Part shown: one piece after another, positions 12,193 through 23,003 of the stretch
Layout of the letters: each line of letters opens with the position of its first letter
How positions within the stretch are numbered: the first letter of the stretch is position 1
Source: Chloroflexales bacterium
Lineage (GTDB): Bacteria > Chloroflexota > Chloroflexia > Chloroflexales > Chloroflexaceae
NCBI GenBank assembly: GCA_037134395.1
Contig: JBAXMH010000001.1
Location: 1 to 55,453 of the forward strand
Reading direction: 5' to 3'
Length of the DNA: 55,453 nt
Translations under genes and position numbers: made by a program
Notes under the pieces: model-generated
What the model was told of the DNA's origin: nothing
Databases searched by the model: none
Seen by the model: only the letters and a program-made list of their open reading frames with translations

Positions 12193-12414
12193 ATGTCCAA
12201 AAAAAAGGACGTGATCGAGATGGAAGGTACGATCACGGAGCCTCTCCCAAATGCAATGTTCCGAGTAGAGCTTGAGAATGGCCACGAGGTACTGGCCCAT
12301 ATCTCGGGCAAGATGCGAATGAATTATATTCGTATTCTTAAAGGTGATCGGGTGTTAGTTGAGCTTTCACCCTATGATCTCACCCGTGGTCGGATTACCT
12401 ATCGTTATAAGTAA
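12193..12414 (+). CDS. infA: Translation initiation factor IF-1
   Basis: [38 protein letters not shown]. Confidence 0.98.
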   Translation: MSKKKDVIEMEGTITEPLPNAMFRVELENGHEVLAHISGKMRMNYIRILKGDRVLVELSPYDLTRGRITYRYK

Positions 12415-12479
12415 CTCATATTTGCTGTTGAATCATACAGCATCCGGCAGCGTATGCGCTGTCGCGACGGAGGTAGATA

Positions 12480-12596
12480 ATGAAGGTTCGAGCTGCGGTT
12501 AAGCCGCGCTGCGAGTACTGCAAGGTCATCAAGCGCAAGGGTGTCATTCGGGTGATCTGCTCGCGCACCCCCAAGCACAAGCAGCGGCAGGGCTAG
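12480..12596 (+). CDS. rpmJ: 50S ribosomal protein L36 (not in ORF track)
   Basis: Manual translation [38 protein letters not shown]; GGAGG SD. Confidence 0.97.
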   Translation: MKVRAAVKPRCEYCKVIKRKGVIRVICSRTPKHKQRQG

Positions 12597-12714
12597 TTGG
12601 CGGCATTCGGCAGTTGGCGATCTCTCGCCTGGCTGCGTGAGATGCGAGAGTCGGGTGCAGAGGAGTCGCGAGCGGCCTGTGGCCGTCGCTGATAGCGTTT
12701 AGACGAGGAAGTTC

Positions 12715-13095
12715 ATGGCACGTATCGCTGGGGTAGATATTCCCCGCAACAAGAAGATCGAGATTTCGATCCGGTATATCTTCGGGATCGGCCCCTCGAA
12801 TGGTCTGGATGTACTTCGTAAGGCCAACGTGAACCCTGAGACGCGGGTGCGCGACCTCACCGAAGAGGAAGTGGGTCGGATCCGCGAGGTTGTTGACCGC
12901 GAGTATCGCGTCGAAGGCGACCTGCGCCGTGAAGTGCAGCTCAATATCAAACGGCTTATGGACATTGGCTGCTACCGTGGCCTGCGCCATCGCCGTGGGA
13001 TGCCGGTGCGTGGACAGCGCACCCGCACAAACGCACGCACGCGCCGTGGACGCAAGGGCCAGGCGATCGGCATTAAGAAGAAGGCGAAGAAGTAG
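12715..13095 (+). CDS. rpsM: 30S ribosomal protein S13
   Basis: [33 protein letters not shown]. Confidence 0.98.
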   Translation: MARIAGVDIPRNKKIEISIRYIFGIGPSNGLDVLRKANVNPETRVRDLTEEEVGRIREVVDREYRVEGDLRREVQLNIKRLMDIGCYRGLRHRRGMPVRGQRTRTNARTRRGRKGQAIGIKKKAKK

Positions 13096-13171
13096 AATTA
13101 GTGACGGTAGCATCTTGCACAGGTAGGCGTTGTGTGCCTGCCTGTGTCCGTTGTGTGTTAAGGAGAGATCT

Positions 13172-13588
13172 ATGCCCCCGAAAGGTCAGAAGGCTACGGC
13201 AGCGGCAGCTCGTCAGCGCGGTCGGCGACGTGAGCGGAAGAATGTTCCACGTGGCCAGGCGCATGTGCTGAGTACCTTCAATAATACGATTGTGACGATC
13301 ACCGACCCCTCGGGCGCGGTGGTCTGCTGGGCGAGTGCCGGCCAGGGCGGCTTTAAGGGTTCGCGCAAGAGCACGCCCTATGCCGCGCAGGTTACCGCCG
13401 ACAGCGCCGCCCGCAAGGCGATGGACAACGGGATGCGCTCGATTGAGGTCTTTGTCAAAGGCCCCGGCTCGGGCCGCGAGGCGGCCATTCGCTCGCTTCA
13501 GGCCGCCGGTCTCCAGGTATCTGCGATCACCGACGTGACCCCGATCCCACACAATGGATGCCGCCCGCCCAAGCGCCGTCGCGTGTAG
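13172..13588 (+). CDS. rpsK: 30S ribosomal protein S11
   Basis: [41 protein letters not shown]; AAGGAG SD. Confidence 0.98.
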   Translation: MPPKGQKATAAAARQRGRRRERKNVPRGQAHVLSTFNNTIVTITDPSGAVVCWASAGQGGFKGSRKSTPYAAQVTADSAARKAMDNGMRSIEVFVKGPGSGREAAIRSLQAAGLQVSAITDVTPIPHNGCRPPKRRRV

Positions 13589-13770
13589 GTGGGCCAGGAC
13601 GAGAGCCGGTTAGGATGATCGTGGATGGAACCGCAGGGTACGGCCCCGGGCGCCCGCCACGGTAGGAGCGCGGATTATATTCCGCCCCGCAAGCGCCCAT
13701 CCCCGGCGAGAGATAACACAAGAGGGCGGGCAGCAGTGGCCCGCGTACAGTATGGAGGCATTGATCTAGC

Positions 13771-14391
13771 ATGGCGCGTTATCATGGCCCCGTTGGGAAA
13801 ATTAGTCGCCGCCTTGGCATCGGTATCACCGAGAAAGGGCAGCGTATCCTCAATAAGCGCTCGTATCCCCCAGGGCAGCACGGCCCGAATGCGCGACGCC
13901 GCCAGGTGTCGGACTACGGGCTCCAACTGCTGGAGAAGCAGAAGGTCAAGTACATGTACGGCGTGCTGGAGCGGCAGTTCCGCCGGGTGTTTGAGCAGGC
14001 GTCGCGACGCAGCGGCGTCACCGGCGAGTATCTGCTGAGCCTGCTGGAGCGGCGACTGGATAATGTGGTCTATCGGCTGGGCATCGGCGCTACCCGCGCA
14101 CAGGCTCGGCAACTGGTGTCTCACGGCCATATTATGGTTGATGGCCGCAAGACCAACATTCCCTCCTACACACTGAAGGTTGGGCAAGTTATCACCGTGC
14201 GTACTGAGAGCCGACGCCGCGCGTACTTTAAGAATCTTGTCGATAGCGGCGATCTTACCAAGTATCGAGCGCCCGACTGGCTGCGCCTCAGCGCCGCTGA
14301 TCTCTCCGGCACGATTGTCGCACTGCCGCGCCGTGAAGACGCCGAGGCTGGGATTAACGAGCAGCTGATCGTCGAGTTCTACAGCCGGTAA
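13771..14391 (+). CDS. rpsD: 30S ribosomal protein S4 (no zinc ribbon)
   Basis: [33 protein letters not shown]. Confidence 0.98.
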   Translation: MARYHGPVGKISRRLGIGITEKGQRILNKRSYPPGQHGPNARRRQVSDYGLQLLEKQKVKYMYGVLERQFRRVFEQASRRSGVTGEYLLSLLERRLDNVVYRLGIGATRAQARQLVSHGHIMVDGRKTNIPSYTLKVGQVITVRTESRRRAYFKNLVDSGDLTKYRAPDWLRLSAADLSGTIVALPRREDAEAGINEQLIVEFYSR

Positions 14392-14490
14392 GAGCTCTTG
14401 CGGATGGTAGGTTGCAGGTGGTTGATTGTGGAATGTTCTGCAATCCACCGTCTGCGATCTGAGATCTTCAAAGCTTTAAGGAGGCTTTCC

Positions 14491-15480
14491 GTGCTTGATA
14501 TCGCCATGCCCAAAATAGAGGTTGTGCAGGCGGCTGAGAACTATGGGCGCTTCAAGATCGAGCCGCTTGATCCGGGATATGGCCATACGCTGGGCAATGC
14601 GCTACGCCGCGTGCTGCTCTCGTCCATCCCCGGCTCAGCGATCACAAAGATAAAGATCGATGGAGTGTTTCACGAGTTCTCGACCATTGAGGGCGTAAAA
14701 GAAGACGTTACCGAGATTGTGCTTAACATCAAAGGCGTCCGGTTGCGCTCTTACGCCGAGCGCCCGGTGAAGGTACTCCTGACGAAGCGCGGCCCCGGTA
14801 TCGTGACCGCCGCTGACATTGATGCACCCAGTAATATCGAACTGGTCAATCCGAAGCACTATATCTGTACGCTCGACTCGGATACGGCCCGCCTTGAGAT
14901 TGAGATGACCGTTGAGCGTGGCCGGGGTTATGTCTCGGCTGACCAGCGCGATGTCCTGCCCATTGGGGAAATCCCAGTTGACGCGATTTTCACGCCGGTG
15001 CCACGGGTTAATTATGTGGTCGAGAATACCCGCATCGGCCAGGCTACCGATTTTGACCGGCTGCTCCTGGAGATCTGGACGGACGGTACGGTGAAACCGG
15101 GCGACGCCCTGAGCCACGCGGCGCAGGTGTTGGTGCAGTATAGCCAGACTATCGCCGACTTCAATCGCCTCGCAATTGAGGAGGAGGAGTTGCCGACGCC
15201 GAGCGGGATGGCGATCCCGGCGGACATCTACGATACGCCGATTGAAGATCTGGATCTCTCAACTCGTACCTATAACTGTCTGAAGCGCGCTGATATCACG
15301 AAGGTGGGCCAGGTGCTTCAGATGGACGAGAAGGCGCTGCTCTCGGTGCGTAACCTGGGGCAAAAATCAATGGAGGAGATCCGCGATCGGCTTGTCGAGC
15401 GCGGCTATATCACGCGACCGCTTGGTGGTGTAAGTGGCGAGGGCGAGCCTGCGGCACTTGCGTCGGCGAGCGCAGAGTAA
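14491..15480 (+). CDS. rpoA: DNA-directed RNA polymerase subunit alpha
   Basis: GYGHTLGNALRRVLLSS, HEFSTIEGVKED, LSTRTYNCLKRA, NLGQKS; AAGGAGG SD before GTG 14491. Confidence 0.98.
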   Translation: MLDIAMPKIEVVQAAENYGRFKIEPLDPGYGHTLGNALRRVLLSSIPGSAITKIKIDGVFHEFSTIEGVKEDVTEIVLNIKGVRLRSYAERPVKVLLTKRGPGIVTAADIDAPSNIELVNPKHYICTLDSDTARLEIEMTVERGRGYVSADQRDVLPIGEIPVDAIFTPVPRVNYVVENTRIGQATDFDRLLLEIWTDGTVKPGDALSHAAQVLVQYSQTIADFNRLAIEEEELPTPSGMAIPADIYDTPIEDLDLSTRTYNCLKRADITKVGQVLQMDEKALLSVRNLGQKSMEEIRDRLVERGYITRPLGGVSGEGEPAALASASAE

Positions 15481-15576
15481 AGCTAGGCAACAGGTAACAG
15501 GTAGCAGGCAACAGGTCTTGAGATACCCCTCTACGCGGGGTACTTCGCTCCCTGGAGCCGTTTTAAGGATAGGACA

Positions 15577-15927
15577 ATGCGACACCGACACGCTGGAAAA
15601 TTACTCAGTCGCTCGTATGAGCACCGCAAGGCGCTCTACCGCAACCTGATGATCGCCCTGATCGATCATCGCCGTATCCAGACGACTTTGGCAAAGGCGA
15701 AGGCCGTGCAGCCCGAGATGGAGCGGCTGATCACCATCGCTCGTGAGGATACACATCACGCCCGCCGCATGGCGCTCTCGAAGCTGGATAGCAAGATTGC
15801 GATGCGGAAGCTGTTCACTTTCGCACCGCAGGAGTATTCTGGGCGCAATGGTGGCTATACCCGTATTACGAAGATCGGCCCACGGCTCGGCGACGGTGCC
15901 GAGATGGCGCTGATTGAACTGGTTTAA
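15577..15927 (+). CDS. rplQ: 50S ribosomal protein L17
   Basis: MRHRHAGKLLSR, RNGGYTRITK, GDGAEMALIELV. Confidence 0.98.
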   Translation: MRHRHAGKLLSRSYEHRKALYRNLMIALIDHRRIQTTLAKAKAVQPEMERLITIAREDTHHARRMALSKLDSKIAMRKLFTFAPQEYSGRNGGYTRITKIGPRLGDGAEMALIELV

Positions 15928-15936
15928 CCCCACCTC

Positions 15937-16746
15937 ATGCGAAATGTTGCCCTGCGCCTAGCCTATGATGGGACTGACTTTGTCGGATCGCAGTATCAGA
16001 ACCAGGGACGCACGGTGCAGGGGGCGCTGGAGCAGGCGTGGGAGGAACTGACCCAGGAGCGGCGACGGGTCACTCTCGCCGGACGTACCGACGCGGGGGT
16101 TCACGCCGCAGGGCAAGTGGCCAATATTCTTACAGAGACGACGCACTCGCCCAGGACGATCCTGCGTGGGATGAATGCGAAGCTTCCCGAGGATGTGGCG
16201 GTTCAGGCTGTGCGTGATGTGGGGCCGGACTTCCACGCACGACATTCGGCAAACCGACGGGCCTACCGCTACCTGATTGACAATAACGATGCGTGGCTGC
16301 CGATGCTCCGCAATTACGTCCTCTATGTTGAGCAAAAGCTTGATGTGACGGCGATGGCAGCAGCCCTGCCGTACGTGGAGGGGACGCACGATTTCACGGC
16401 GTTCTCGGCCCTCGTTCCCGATCAGCGCTCAAGCGTGCGAACCTGCTACACGGCACGACTGAGCGAGATCGAATTGTTCGGCAGGCGGTTGATCGCAATA
16501 GATCTGGCGGCAAACGCCTTTTTGCAGCATATGGTGCGGGTGATTGTCGGGACGGCGCTGCTGGTTGGGCGTCGAAAAATCAGCCCCGAGGATTTTCAGG
16601 ACATTCTGAAGGGGCGGGATCGCAGAGCCGCAGGGCCAACCAGCGTCGCCCACGGACTCACCCTTATGTCGGTCGGTTATCCGACTGGCATGCTACGCTG
16701 GGAAGGCGAGAGCATCGGTGATGCTGACGTTCTCGCAGGCGGATGA
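15937..16746 (+). CDS. truA: tRNA pseudouridine(38-40) synthase
   Basis: [28 protein letters not shown]; position after rplQ. Confidence 0.96.
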   Translation: MRNVALRLAYDGTDFVGSQYQNQGRTVQGALEQAWEELTQERRRVTLAGRTDAGVHAAGQVANILTETTHSPRTILRGMNAKLPEDVAVQAVRDVGPDFHARHSANRRAYRYLIDNNDAWLPMLRNYVLYVEQKLDVTAMAAALPYVEGTHDFTAFSALVPDQRSSVRTCYTARLSEIELFGRRLIAIDLAANAFLQHMVRVIVGTALLVGRRKISPEDFQDILKGRDRRAAGPTSVAHGLTLMSVGYPTGMLRWEGESIGDADVLAGG

Positions 16747-16836
16747 TGATCTGCCACCATATAATAGTTTTTGTTGTCGGTTGGGCCGTGGTGCGGCACG
16801 GTCGGCAACCAGACACAACACCTAAGGATAGCAGTT

Positions 16837-17268
16837 GTGAAGACTTACCATCAGACACATTCCGAGGTCCAGCGCGACTGGCTGCTGGTTGATGCCGACG
16901 ACCAGGTCGTCGGTCGGCTCGCGACGCAGATCGCAACGCTCCTGCGCGGAAAGCATAAACCGACCTTCACGCCCTCGCTGGATAGCGGCGATTTCGTGAT
17001 TGTGGTGAACGCTGAAAAGATCAAGATCATGGGCCGCAAGGCCGATCAGAAGGTCTACTACCGCCACACCGGCTACCCCGGCGGTATTAAGGCTACGCCC
17101 TACAAGATGATGCTCTCCAAGCACCCCGACCGCATCCTGCGCATCGCCGTTAAGGGGATGTTGCCCAAGAACCGCATGGGCCGTCATCTGATGGCAAAGC
17201 TGCGGATCTACGCCGGATCGAACCACCCGCACGCCGCCCAGCAGCCGAAGGTCTGGACGCCGCGCTAA
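16837..17268 (+). CDS. rplM: 50S ribosomal protein L13
   Basis: GRLATQIA, GKHKPTFTP, YYRHTGYPGG, AVKGMLPKN; GTG start inferred. Confidence 0.96.
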   Translation: MKTYHQTHSEVQRDWLLVDADDQVVGRLATQIATLLRGKHKPTFTPSLDSGDFVIVVNAEKIKIMGRKADQKVYYRHTGYPGGIKATPYKMMLSKHPDRILRIAVKGMLPKNRMGRHLMAKLRIYAGSNHPHAAQQPKVWTPR

Positions 17269-17284
17269 GTAAGGAGCTAGTTTG

Positions 17285-17683
17285 ATGGATGCGAAGCGCT
17301 ACTACCAGGGCACGGGGCGACGGAAGACATCGGTCGCACGCGTGCGCCTGTTCCCCGGCAGCGGAGAGTTCGTGGTGAACGGTCGGAACACAGAGGACTA
17401 TTTCGGGATGCGTGACCTGCTCCAGCGCAATATCCGCCATCCCCTCGCCATTACCAATAACCTGAGCAGCTTTAATGTGCTGGTGAAGGTGAAGGGCGGC
17501 GGCGTCGCCAGCCAGGCCGGTGCCGTGCGCCACGGTATCGCTCGTGCGTTGCTGGATCTTGACGTGAGTCTGCGGGCGGTACTTAAGAAGGCTGGCTTCC
17601 TCACTCGCGACCCGCGTATGAAGGAGCGCAAGAAGGTTGGCCTGAAGCGCGCTCGTAAGGCACCGCAGTACACCAAGCGCTAG
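17285..17683 (+). CDS. rpsI: 30S ribosomal protein S9
   Basis: [31 protein letters not shown]. Confidence 0.98.
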   Translation: MDAKRYYQGTGRRKTSVARVRLFPGSGEFVVNGRNTEDYFGMRDLLQRNIRHPLAITNNLSSFNVLVKVKGGGVASQAGAVRHGIARALLDLDVSLRAVLKKAGFLTRDPRMKERKKVGLKRARKAPQYTKR

Positions 17684-17710
17684 AGCTTGCCAGAGGCATT
17701 ATTTAGCGGT

Positions 17711-17760
17711 GGGGGTGGGTCTCAGGGAGGGCAAAATCTTCCCTGTCCCTCCCCTCTTTC
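17711..17760 (+). terminator. Imperfect hairpin after rpsI, possible weak terminator
   Basis: CAGGGAGG pairs with CTTCCCTG, outer GGGG/CCCC, followed by TCTTTC. Confidence 0.3.
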
Positions 17761-17766
17761 ATATCT

Positions 17767-18342
17767 ATGCGCGTTATTACTGGCAAAGCCAAAGGTCATT
17801 CACTCAAGGCTCCCAAGGGCCTGGGTACGCGCCCCATGCTCGATAAGGTCAAGGGGTCGCTCTTCTCGATCTTAGAGGGCTACGGGCCGATTCGCGGGCG
17901 AGTACTCGATCTCTATGCGGGGACGGGTTCGCTGGGGATCGAGTGCCTCTCGCGGGGTGCCAGTGCGGCTGATTTTGTCGAGCAGAGCGCCCACGTCTGT
18001 ACAATTATCTCCGATAATCTACGTCACACGAAGCTTGATGCGATCAGCAAGGTACATTGCATGCCGGTTGATCGCTTTTTGCACGGTCATCGGGGCGTAG
18101 GGCATTATGATATAATCGTCATGGATCCACCCTACGCTGATCCACAGATCGTGCATACGATCACAACAGTGGCGACGGTACAGGTTGGACACCCCGGCAG
18201 TTTGTTGATTGTCGGACATTCGCCACGAGTTACGCTGGAAGACACCTATCCGCTGCTGACGAGGATTAAGTTCCGTCGCCTTGGCGACTCCTGCTTCTCG
18301 ATCTTTGAACTTGACGATGGTGCAGAGACCGAGGCACCATAG
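17767..18342 (+). CDS. rsmD: 16S rRNA (guanine966-N2)-methyltransferase
   Basis: [33 protein letters not shown]; upstream of coaD. Confidence 0.93.
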   Translation: MRVITGKAKGHSLKAPKGLGTRPMLDKVKGSLFSILEGYGPIRGRVLDLYAGTGSLGIECLSRGASAADFVEQSAHVCTIISDNLRHTKLDAISKVHCMPVDRFLHGHRGVGHYDIIVMDPPYADPQIVHTITTVATVQVGHPGSLLIVGHSPRVTLEDTYPLLTRIKFRRLGDSCFSIFELDDGAETEAP

Positions 18343-18391
18343 CGGATCACGTCTCCTCGGGCCGACAGGCAATCACGCAGAACCCAACCCT

Positions 18392-18877
18392 ATGCATATT
18401 GCGGTATATCCCGGCAGCTTCGACCCCGTTACCTACGCGCACCTGGATATTGCCACACGGGCATGCCGGGTGTTCGACCGTGTGGTGATGAGCGTTTTCG
18501 ACCGTCCGAAGAAGAATCTCCTCTTCACCACGGAAGAGCGCCTCGATCTGCTGCGCGAGGCCACGCAGCACTTGCCACGGGTTGAGGTCGCTAGCTACAC
18601 GATACTCACAGTTGATTTCGCCCGCGTGATCGGTGCCTGTGCCCTTGTGCGCGGGCTGCGAACCGTCAGCGACTTTGAGTCCGAGTTCCAAATGGCCCAG
18701 ATCAATCAGTCGCTCGACCCAGAGATCGAGGTCGTACTCTTGGCATCGAGCCTGAAGTATGGGCACGTCAGTTCAAGCGCGGTGCGCGAAATGGCGAGCC
18801 TGGGCCGTGACCCTGTGGAGTTCGCGCCGCCACACGTGGTTGCGGCGTTGCGCCAGAAGTTCGCGCAAAGGGGGTGA
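18392..18877 (+). CDS. coaD: Phosphopantetheine adenylyltransferase
   Basis: [29 protein letters not shown]. Confidence 0.96.
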   Translation: MHIAVYPGSFDPVTYAHLDIATRACRVFDRVVMSVFDRPKKNLLFTTEERLDLLREATQHLPRVEVASYTILTVDFARVIGACALVRGLRTVSDFESEFQMAQINQSLDPEIEVVLLASSLKYGHVSSSAVREMASLGRDPVEFAPPHVVAALRQKFAQRG

Positions 18878-19311
18878 CGGTCATCGAACTGGACGATTTG
18901 ATTGATGAGGTAGAGGATGCGCTGGCCGAGGGTCGGCGGGTACCATTCAGTGGTCGCCTGCTGGTAGACGAAGAGCGCATTCTGGACATCATTGATCGGA
19001 TGCGGATCGCCATCCCCGAAGAGCAAAAGCGGGCGCGGCGCATTATCCAGGAGCAAGAGCGACTGATTGCGGAAGCACAGGCGCGGGTGCAGCAGGTACT
19101 CAATGAGCGCGGGTTGCTGGAGGCGATAGAGGCAGAACGCGGGCGGCTGCTCCAGCAAGCCGAGAACGAGGCCATCCAGGTGCGTGCCGGTGCCGATGAG
19201 TATGCACGGCAGGTACTTGAGGAACTTGACGAGCGACTGATGAAACTCGTGACAAGCGTGCGCAACGGGCTGAGCGCCCTGGGCAGTGAAGCGCACGCAT
19301 CGGGGCATTAG
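18874..19311 (+). CDS. Coiled-coil protein of the type commonly found after coaD (ATPase-subunit-like/DivIVA-like)
   Basis: [29 protein letters not shown] and GADEYA; helical heptads; overlaps coaD stop. Confidence 0.75.
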   Translation: MTVIELDDLIDEVEDALAEGRRVPFSGRLLVDEERILDIIDRMRIAIPEEQKRARRIIQEQERLIAEAQARVQQVLNERGLLEAIEAERGRLLQQAENEAIQVRAGADEYARQVLEELDERLMKLVTSVRNGLSALGSEAHASGH

Positions 19312-19326
19312 GGCCGGGGTCTTCGC

Positions 19327-19355
19327 TTGACAATAGCAATGCCTCTGGCTATAAT
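19327..19355 (+). promoter_or_regulatory. Consensus sigma70 promoter for DUF177-rpmF-fab genes
   Basis: TTGACA (19327-19332), 17-nt spacer, TATAAT (19350-19355), then GC-rich discriminator GCGGCG. Confidence 0.85.
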
Positions 19356-19395
19356 GCGGCGTTTGTAGTGCTTGGCCGCAGCGCCGTGTACGGAC

Positions 19396-19944
19396 ATGTC
19401 AACTATTAAGTTTAACGTAGCGCAGTTGCTGCGCGAAATGATCGGTGGTCGGCGCGACTACACCTTCACCGAGAAGGCACTCCCGCTCGATGATCAGCTC
19501 GTCCTGCGGGGGATCAGCGGCGATGTGCGCTTCATCCGCACGGCCACGGGTGTCTATGCCCACGTACGTGCGCAGGGTGTGGTGGAGATGGTCTGTGTGC
19601 GCTCGCTGGAGCCGTTCGATTACCCGGTTAAGCTTGACTTCAGCGATGAGTTCCACTCAATTGTGGATGTGATGAACGGCGATGAACTACCTGCGCCGAT
19701 TGAGGACGACCCGTACCTGCTCAGTGAGTTGCATATGGCAGACATTGGCAACGCGGTTCGAGACTATACGCTGCTGGAGTTGCCAATCAACCCGGTGAGC
19801 CCGGCGTATCGCGATAAACCGGTGAGCTACACGGTTCAGTCCGATGGGATTGATGATAGACAGACCGACGATAGTGTGGACAGCCGGTTCGAGGCGCTGA
19901 GAGCCTGGGCGGCACAGCAGAATACAACGCAGAGCAGGAGTTAA
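19396..19944 (+). CDS. DUF177/YceD family protein
   Basis: Directly upstream of rpmF; CVRSLEPF, LLELP, DSRFEAL motifs. Confidence 0.85.
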   Translation: MSTIKFNVAQLLREMIGGRRDYTFTEKALPLDDQLVLRGISGDVRFIRTATGVYAHVRAQGVVEMVCVRSLEPFDYPVKLDFSDEFHSIVDVMNGDELPAPIEDDPYLLSELHMADIGNAVRDYTLLELPINPVSPAYRDKPVSYTVQSDGIDDRQTDDSVDSRFEALRAWAAQQNTTQSRS

Positions 19945-19951
19945 AACCCTT

Positions 19952-20152
19952 ATGGGTGCCCTACCAAAACGAAAAGTCTCACGCCACCGCCGTGGCAACC
20001 GCCGCCAACATCTGGCACTTACCGCGCCGACGCTGGTGATCTGCCCGAAGTGTGGCAACCTTATGCGCGCACACATCACTTGCCAAGACTGCGGCACATA
20101 CAAGGGTCGTCAGGTGATCGCCATTGCAACCAAGACCACCGATAACCGCTAG
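19952..20152 (+). CDS. rpmF: 50S ribosomal protein L32
   Basis: MGALPKRKVSR, CPKC...CQDCGTYKGRQV. Confidence 0.97.
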   Translation: MGALPKRKVSRHRRGNRRQHLALTAPTLVICPKCGNLMRAHITCQDCGTYKGRQVIAIATKTTDNR

Positions 20153-20254
20153 GGTTCAGCCCTCCTGCGATAGCGTGATGGCGAGCGAGGGGCGACCGGC
20201 CGGTGTTCTCACCGCGTCGGCCGCCCCTTGTATGTAGTGAAAGGCAGCGAAGTA

Positions 20255-21253
20255 GTGAGCAGTTCACGCTATGCGGCGATCATCGGTTGGGGTATGGCCG
20301 TCCCGCAGCAGGTGGTGACGAATGATGATCTCGCCCGCAGGATTGACACCACCGATGAGTGGATCCGCTCGCGCACCGGGATCAGTGAGCGGCGCGTTGC
20401 CGAGCCGGGGGTGTTCACCTCAACCCTGGCGACAGCCGCCGGTCGCGAGGCTATTGAGCGGGCCGGTGTATCGCCAGGCGACATTGATATGGTGATCGTC
20501 GCCACCTGCACGCCAGATCGGCCATTCCCGGCAACCGCATGTGCTGTCCAGGCAAACCTTGGGATTACACGTGCGCCTGCCTTTGACATCGCCGCCGCAT
20601 GTAGCGGGTTTGTCTACGGGATGAGCGTGGCCACCGGGATGATTAAGGGCGGCATGAGTCGTCGTTTGCTGCTCGTCGCCGCTGATATTTTTACTCACCT
20701 GATAGATTGGACCGACCGCAACACCTGTGTCCTCTTTGGTGATGGGGCCGGGGCCGTGGTACTCCAGGCTACCGAGGAGCGATTGGGGCTGATCAGCACG
20801 CAGATCGGGGCCGCCGGTGAGGGTGAGACGATGATGGCGGTTGACGCTGGTGGCACACGCATGCCAGCCACCCCCGATCTGCTCGCTCAGGGCAAGCAGT
20901 ACATCTACATGAATGGGCGTGAGATCTTTAAGCACGCAGTCCGTGAGATGTGCGACTCGACACTGCGTGCGGTGAAAGAGGCCGGCTTGAGCCTCAGCGA
21001 TATTAGCCTGATCATTCCTCACCAAGCCAATGTGCGGATCATTGAGGCAGTGGCGAAGCGGCTCGATCTGCCCGCGAACCGGGTGATGATCAACCTTGAT
21101 CGCTACGGGAATACCTCGTCCGCATCGGTGCCGATTGCCCTCTACGAGGCGGTACAGCAGGGTCGAGTCAAGGATGGCGACTACCTGCTGATTACGGCAT
21201 TTGGGGGCGGGCTAACCTGGGGATCGTCGGTGATACGCTGGGGCAGGCCATAG
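20255..21253 (+). CDS. fabH: 3-oxoacyl-ACP synthase III
   Basis: WIRSRTGI, AACSGF, IPHQAN, YGNTSSAS, FGGGLTWG; exact start uncertain. Confidence 0.95.
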   Translation: MSSSRYAAIIGWGMAVPQQVVTNDDLARRIDTTDEWIRSRTGISERRVAEPGVFTSTLATAAGREAIERAGVSPGDIDMVIVATCTPDRPFPATACAVQANLGITRAPAFDIAAACSGFVYGMSVATGMIKGGMSRRLLLVAADIFTHLIDWTDRNTCVLFGDGAGAVVLQATEERLGLISTQIGAAGEGETMMAVDAGGTRMPATPDLLAQGKQYIYMNGREIFKHAVREMCDSTLRAVKEAGLSLSDISLIIPHQANVRIIEAVAKRLDLPANRVMINLDRYGNTSSASVPIALYEAVQQGRVKDGDYLLITAFGGGLTWGSSVIRWGRP

Positions 21254-21287
21254 TGCGTAGCGCACAGGGATAGGGAAGAGGGAACCG

Positions 21288-22247
21288 ATGAGTATTGCTT
21301 GGATATTTCCGGGCCAGGGATCGCAGGCCGTTGGCATGGGCCACGACATCTACGAAAACTTCCCAGTGGCCCGTGCTATTTTTGATCAGGCTGATGATCT
21401 TCTAAACATACCGTTGCGCAGCCTGTGTTTTCAGGGGCCAGATGCCGATCTGATCGCGACGGAGAATGCGCAGCCGGCTCTGCTAACGGTTAGCACCGCC
21501 CTGACGCATGTGCTCAAAGATCTTGGCGGAGCGGAGCTAGCTCACCCGCAGGTAGTGGCTGGTCATAGCCTCGGCGAATACTCGGCGCTGGTTGCGGGGG
21601 GGGCCCTCAACTTTCCCACCGCCCTACGGTTGGTGCGTCGGCGCGGCGAGTTGATGGCCGAGGCCCGGGAAGGTAGTATGGCTGCGGTGATCGGCCTGGC
21701 CCAGGAGATTCTGGAGGAGATTTGCCAGAGCGTTAGCGCAACCTTCCATAATGAAGCGAACGCAGCTACTAACACCGTGGTGGTGGCAAACTATAATGCC
21801 CCTGACCAACTCGTCATCAGCGGAAGCGCACTGGCAGTCGAGCAGGCGTCGCTGCAAGCCAAGGAACGCGGAGCAAAGCGGGTTCTGCCGCTCAAAGTGA
21901 GTGCCGCCTTCCACTCGCCGCTGATGATCCAGGCCGCTGAGGGTATGGCTCACGAGATGGAACGTGCCGATGTACGTGACCTGAATGTGCCACTTATCGC
22001 AAACGTGACGGCTCAAGAACTGCGTGTGGCCGACGAGGTGCGACGCGAAGCGGTGGCACAGGTTGTGGAACCCGTGCGCTGGATCGCTTCCGTTCAGGCG
22101 ATGGTGGCATTGGGATGTACGACCTTTGTGGAGATCGGGCCGGGCAAAGTGCTTACCGGCCTTATTCGCCGCATCGCACCCCAGGTGCGAACGGTGACGA
22201 TTAGTACGGTGGCAGATGTGCGTGCATTCGTAGCAGAGAGCAACTGA
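21288..22247 (+). CDS. fabD: Malonyl-CoA:ACP transacylase
   Basis: FPGQGSQ, GHSLGEY, SAAFHS, EIGPGKVL. Confidence 0.96.
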   Translation: MSIAWIFPGQGSQAVGMGHDIYENFPVARAIFDQADDLLNIPLRSLCFQGPDADLIATENAQPALLTVSTALTHVLKDLGGAELAHPQVVAGHSLGEYSALVAGGALNFPTALRLVRRRGELMAEAREGSMAAVIGLAQEILEEICQSVSATFHNEANAATNTVVVANYNAPDQLVISGSALAVEQASLQAKERGAKRVLPLKVSAAFHSPLMIQAAEGMAHEMERADVRDLNVPLIANVTAQELRVADEVRREAVAQVVEPVRWIASVQAMVALGCTTFVEIGPGKVLTGLIRRIAPQVRTVTISTVADVRAFVAESN

Positions 22248-22993
22248 TGTCACTTCATGGTCAGGTTGCAATAGTCACTGGTGCGTCACGCGGGATTGGT
22301 CGTGCAGTGGCCCTCGATCTCGCCCGCCAGGGGGCCAATGTACTGATCAACTATCAGCACAGCGTGACAGCGGCCGATGAGGTCGTGGCGCAGATTCGCG
22401 AGGCTGGTGGCGACGCCCTCTCCCATCGCGCTGACGTGAGTGATGAGGTTGATGTTGCGACTATTTTCGAGGCGGCCATCTCGCGTTGGGGCCGCCTCGA
22501 TATTTTGGTGTGCAATGCCGGGGCCACTGTTGACGCCCCGCTGGTGCGGCTCAAGCCCGATCAGTGGCACCACGTGATCGAGACAGATCTGACCTCGGCG
22601 TTCCTCTGCTGTCGAGCGGCCCTGCCCGCAATGCGCAGCCGTCAGTACGGTCGGATCATTACCATAGGCTCACTGGCTGGACTTGCGGGCAATGTCGGGC
22701 AGACAAGCTACGCGGCAGCAAAGGCCGGTCTGGTGGGATTCACTCGGGCGCTTGCCCGTGAAGTGGCCGCCGAGGGGATAACCGCAAATGTGGTGGCACC
22801 GGGTTACATTGATACTGACTTTGTTGAGAATATCTCGCCAATGATCCGGGAGTGGGCGATCAACACAATTGCAATGCGCCGCTTTGGCACGACCGATGAG
22901 GTGGCGGCGGCAGTGAGCTTTATGGCCTCGCCGCGATCATCGTATATTACCGGACATGTGCTGACTCTTGATGGCGGATGGGTGATGCCGTAG
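22247..22993 (+). CDS. fabG: 3-oxoacyl-ACP reductase with intact catalytic residues
   Basis: TGASRGIG, IITIGS, GQTSYAAAK; fab cluster. Confidence 0.88.
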   Translation: MSLHGQVAIVTGASRGIGRAVALDLARQGANVLINYQHSVTAADEVVAQIREAGGDALSHRADVSDEVDVATIFEAAISRWGRLDILVCNAGATVDAPLVRLKPDQWHHVIETDLTSAFLCCRAALPAMRSRQYGRIITIGSLAGLAGNVGQTSYAAAKAGLVGFTRALAREVAAEGITANVVAPGYIDTDFVENISPMIREWAINTIAMRRFGTTDEVAAAVSFMASPRSSYITGHVLTLDGGWVMP

Positions 22994-23003
22994 GAGGCAC
23001 GCA

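Noticed and set aside
11514-12414. Absence of map between adk and infA
   Set aside because: Gene order here varies among bacteria and there is no remnant suggesting a recent deletion
195-17676. Numerous antisense and alternative-frame ORFs across the ribosomal cluster
   Set aside because: They overlap unambiguous ribosomal genes, lack recognisable motifs, and are expected in GC-rich DNA
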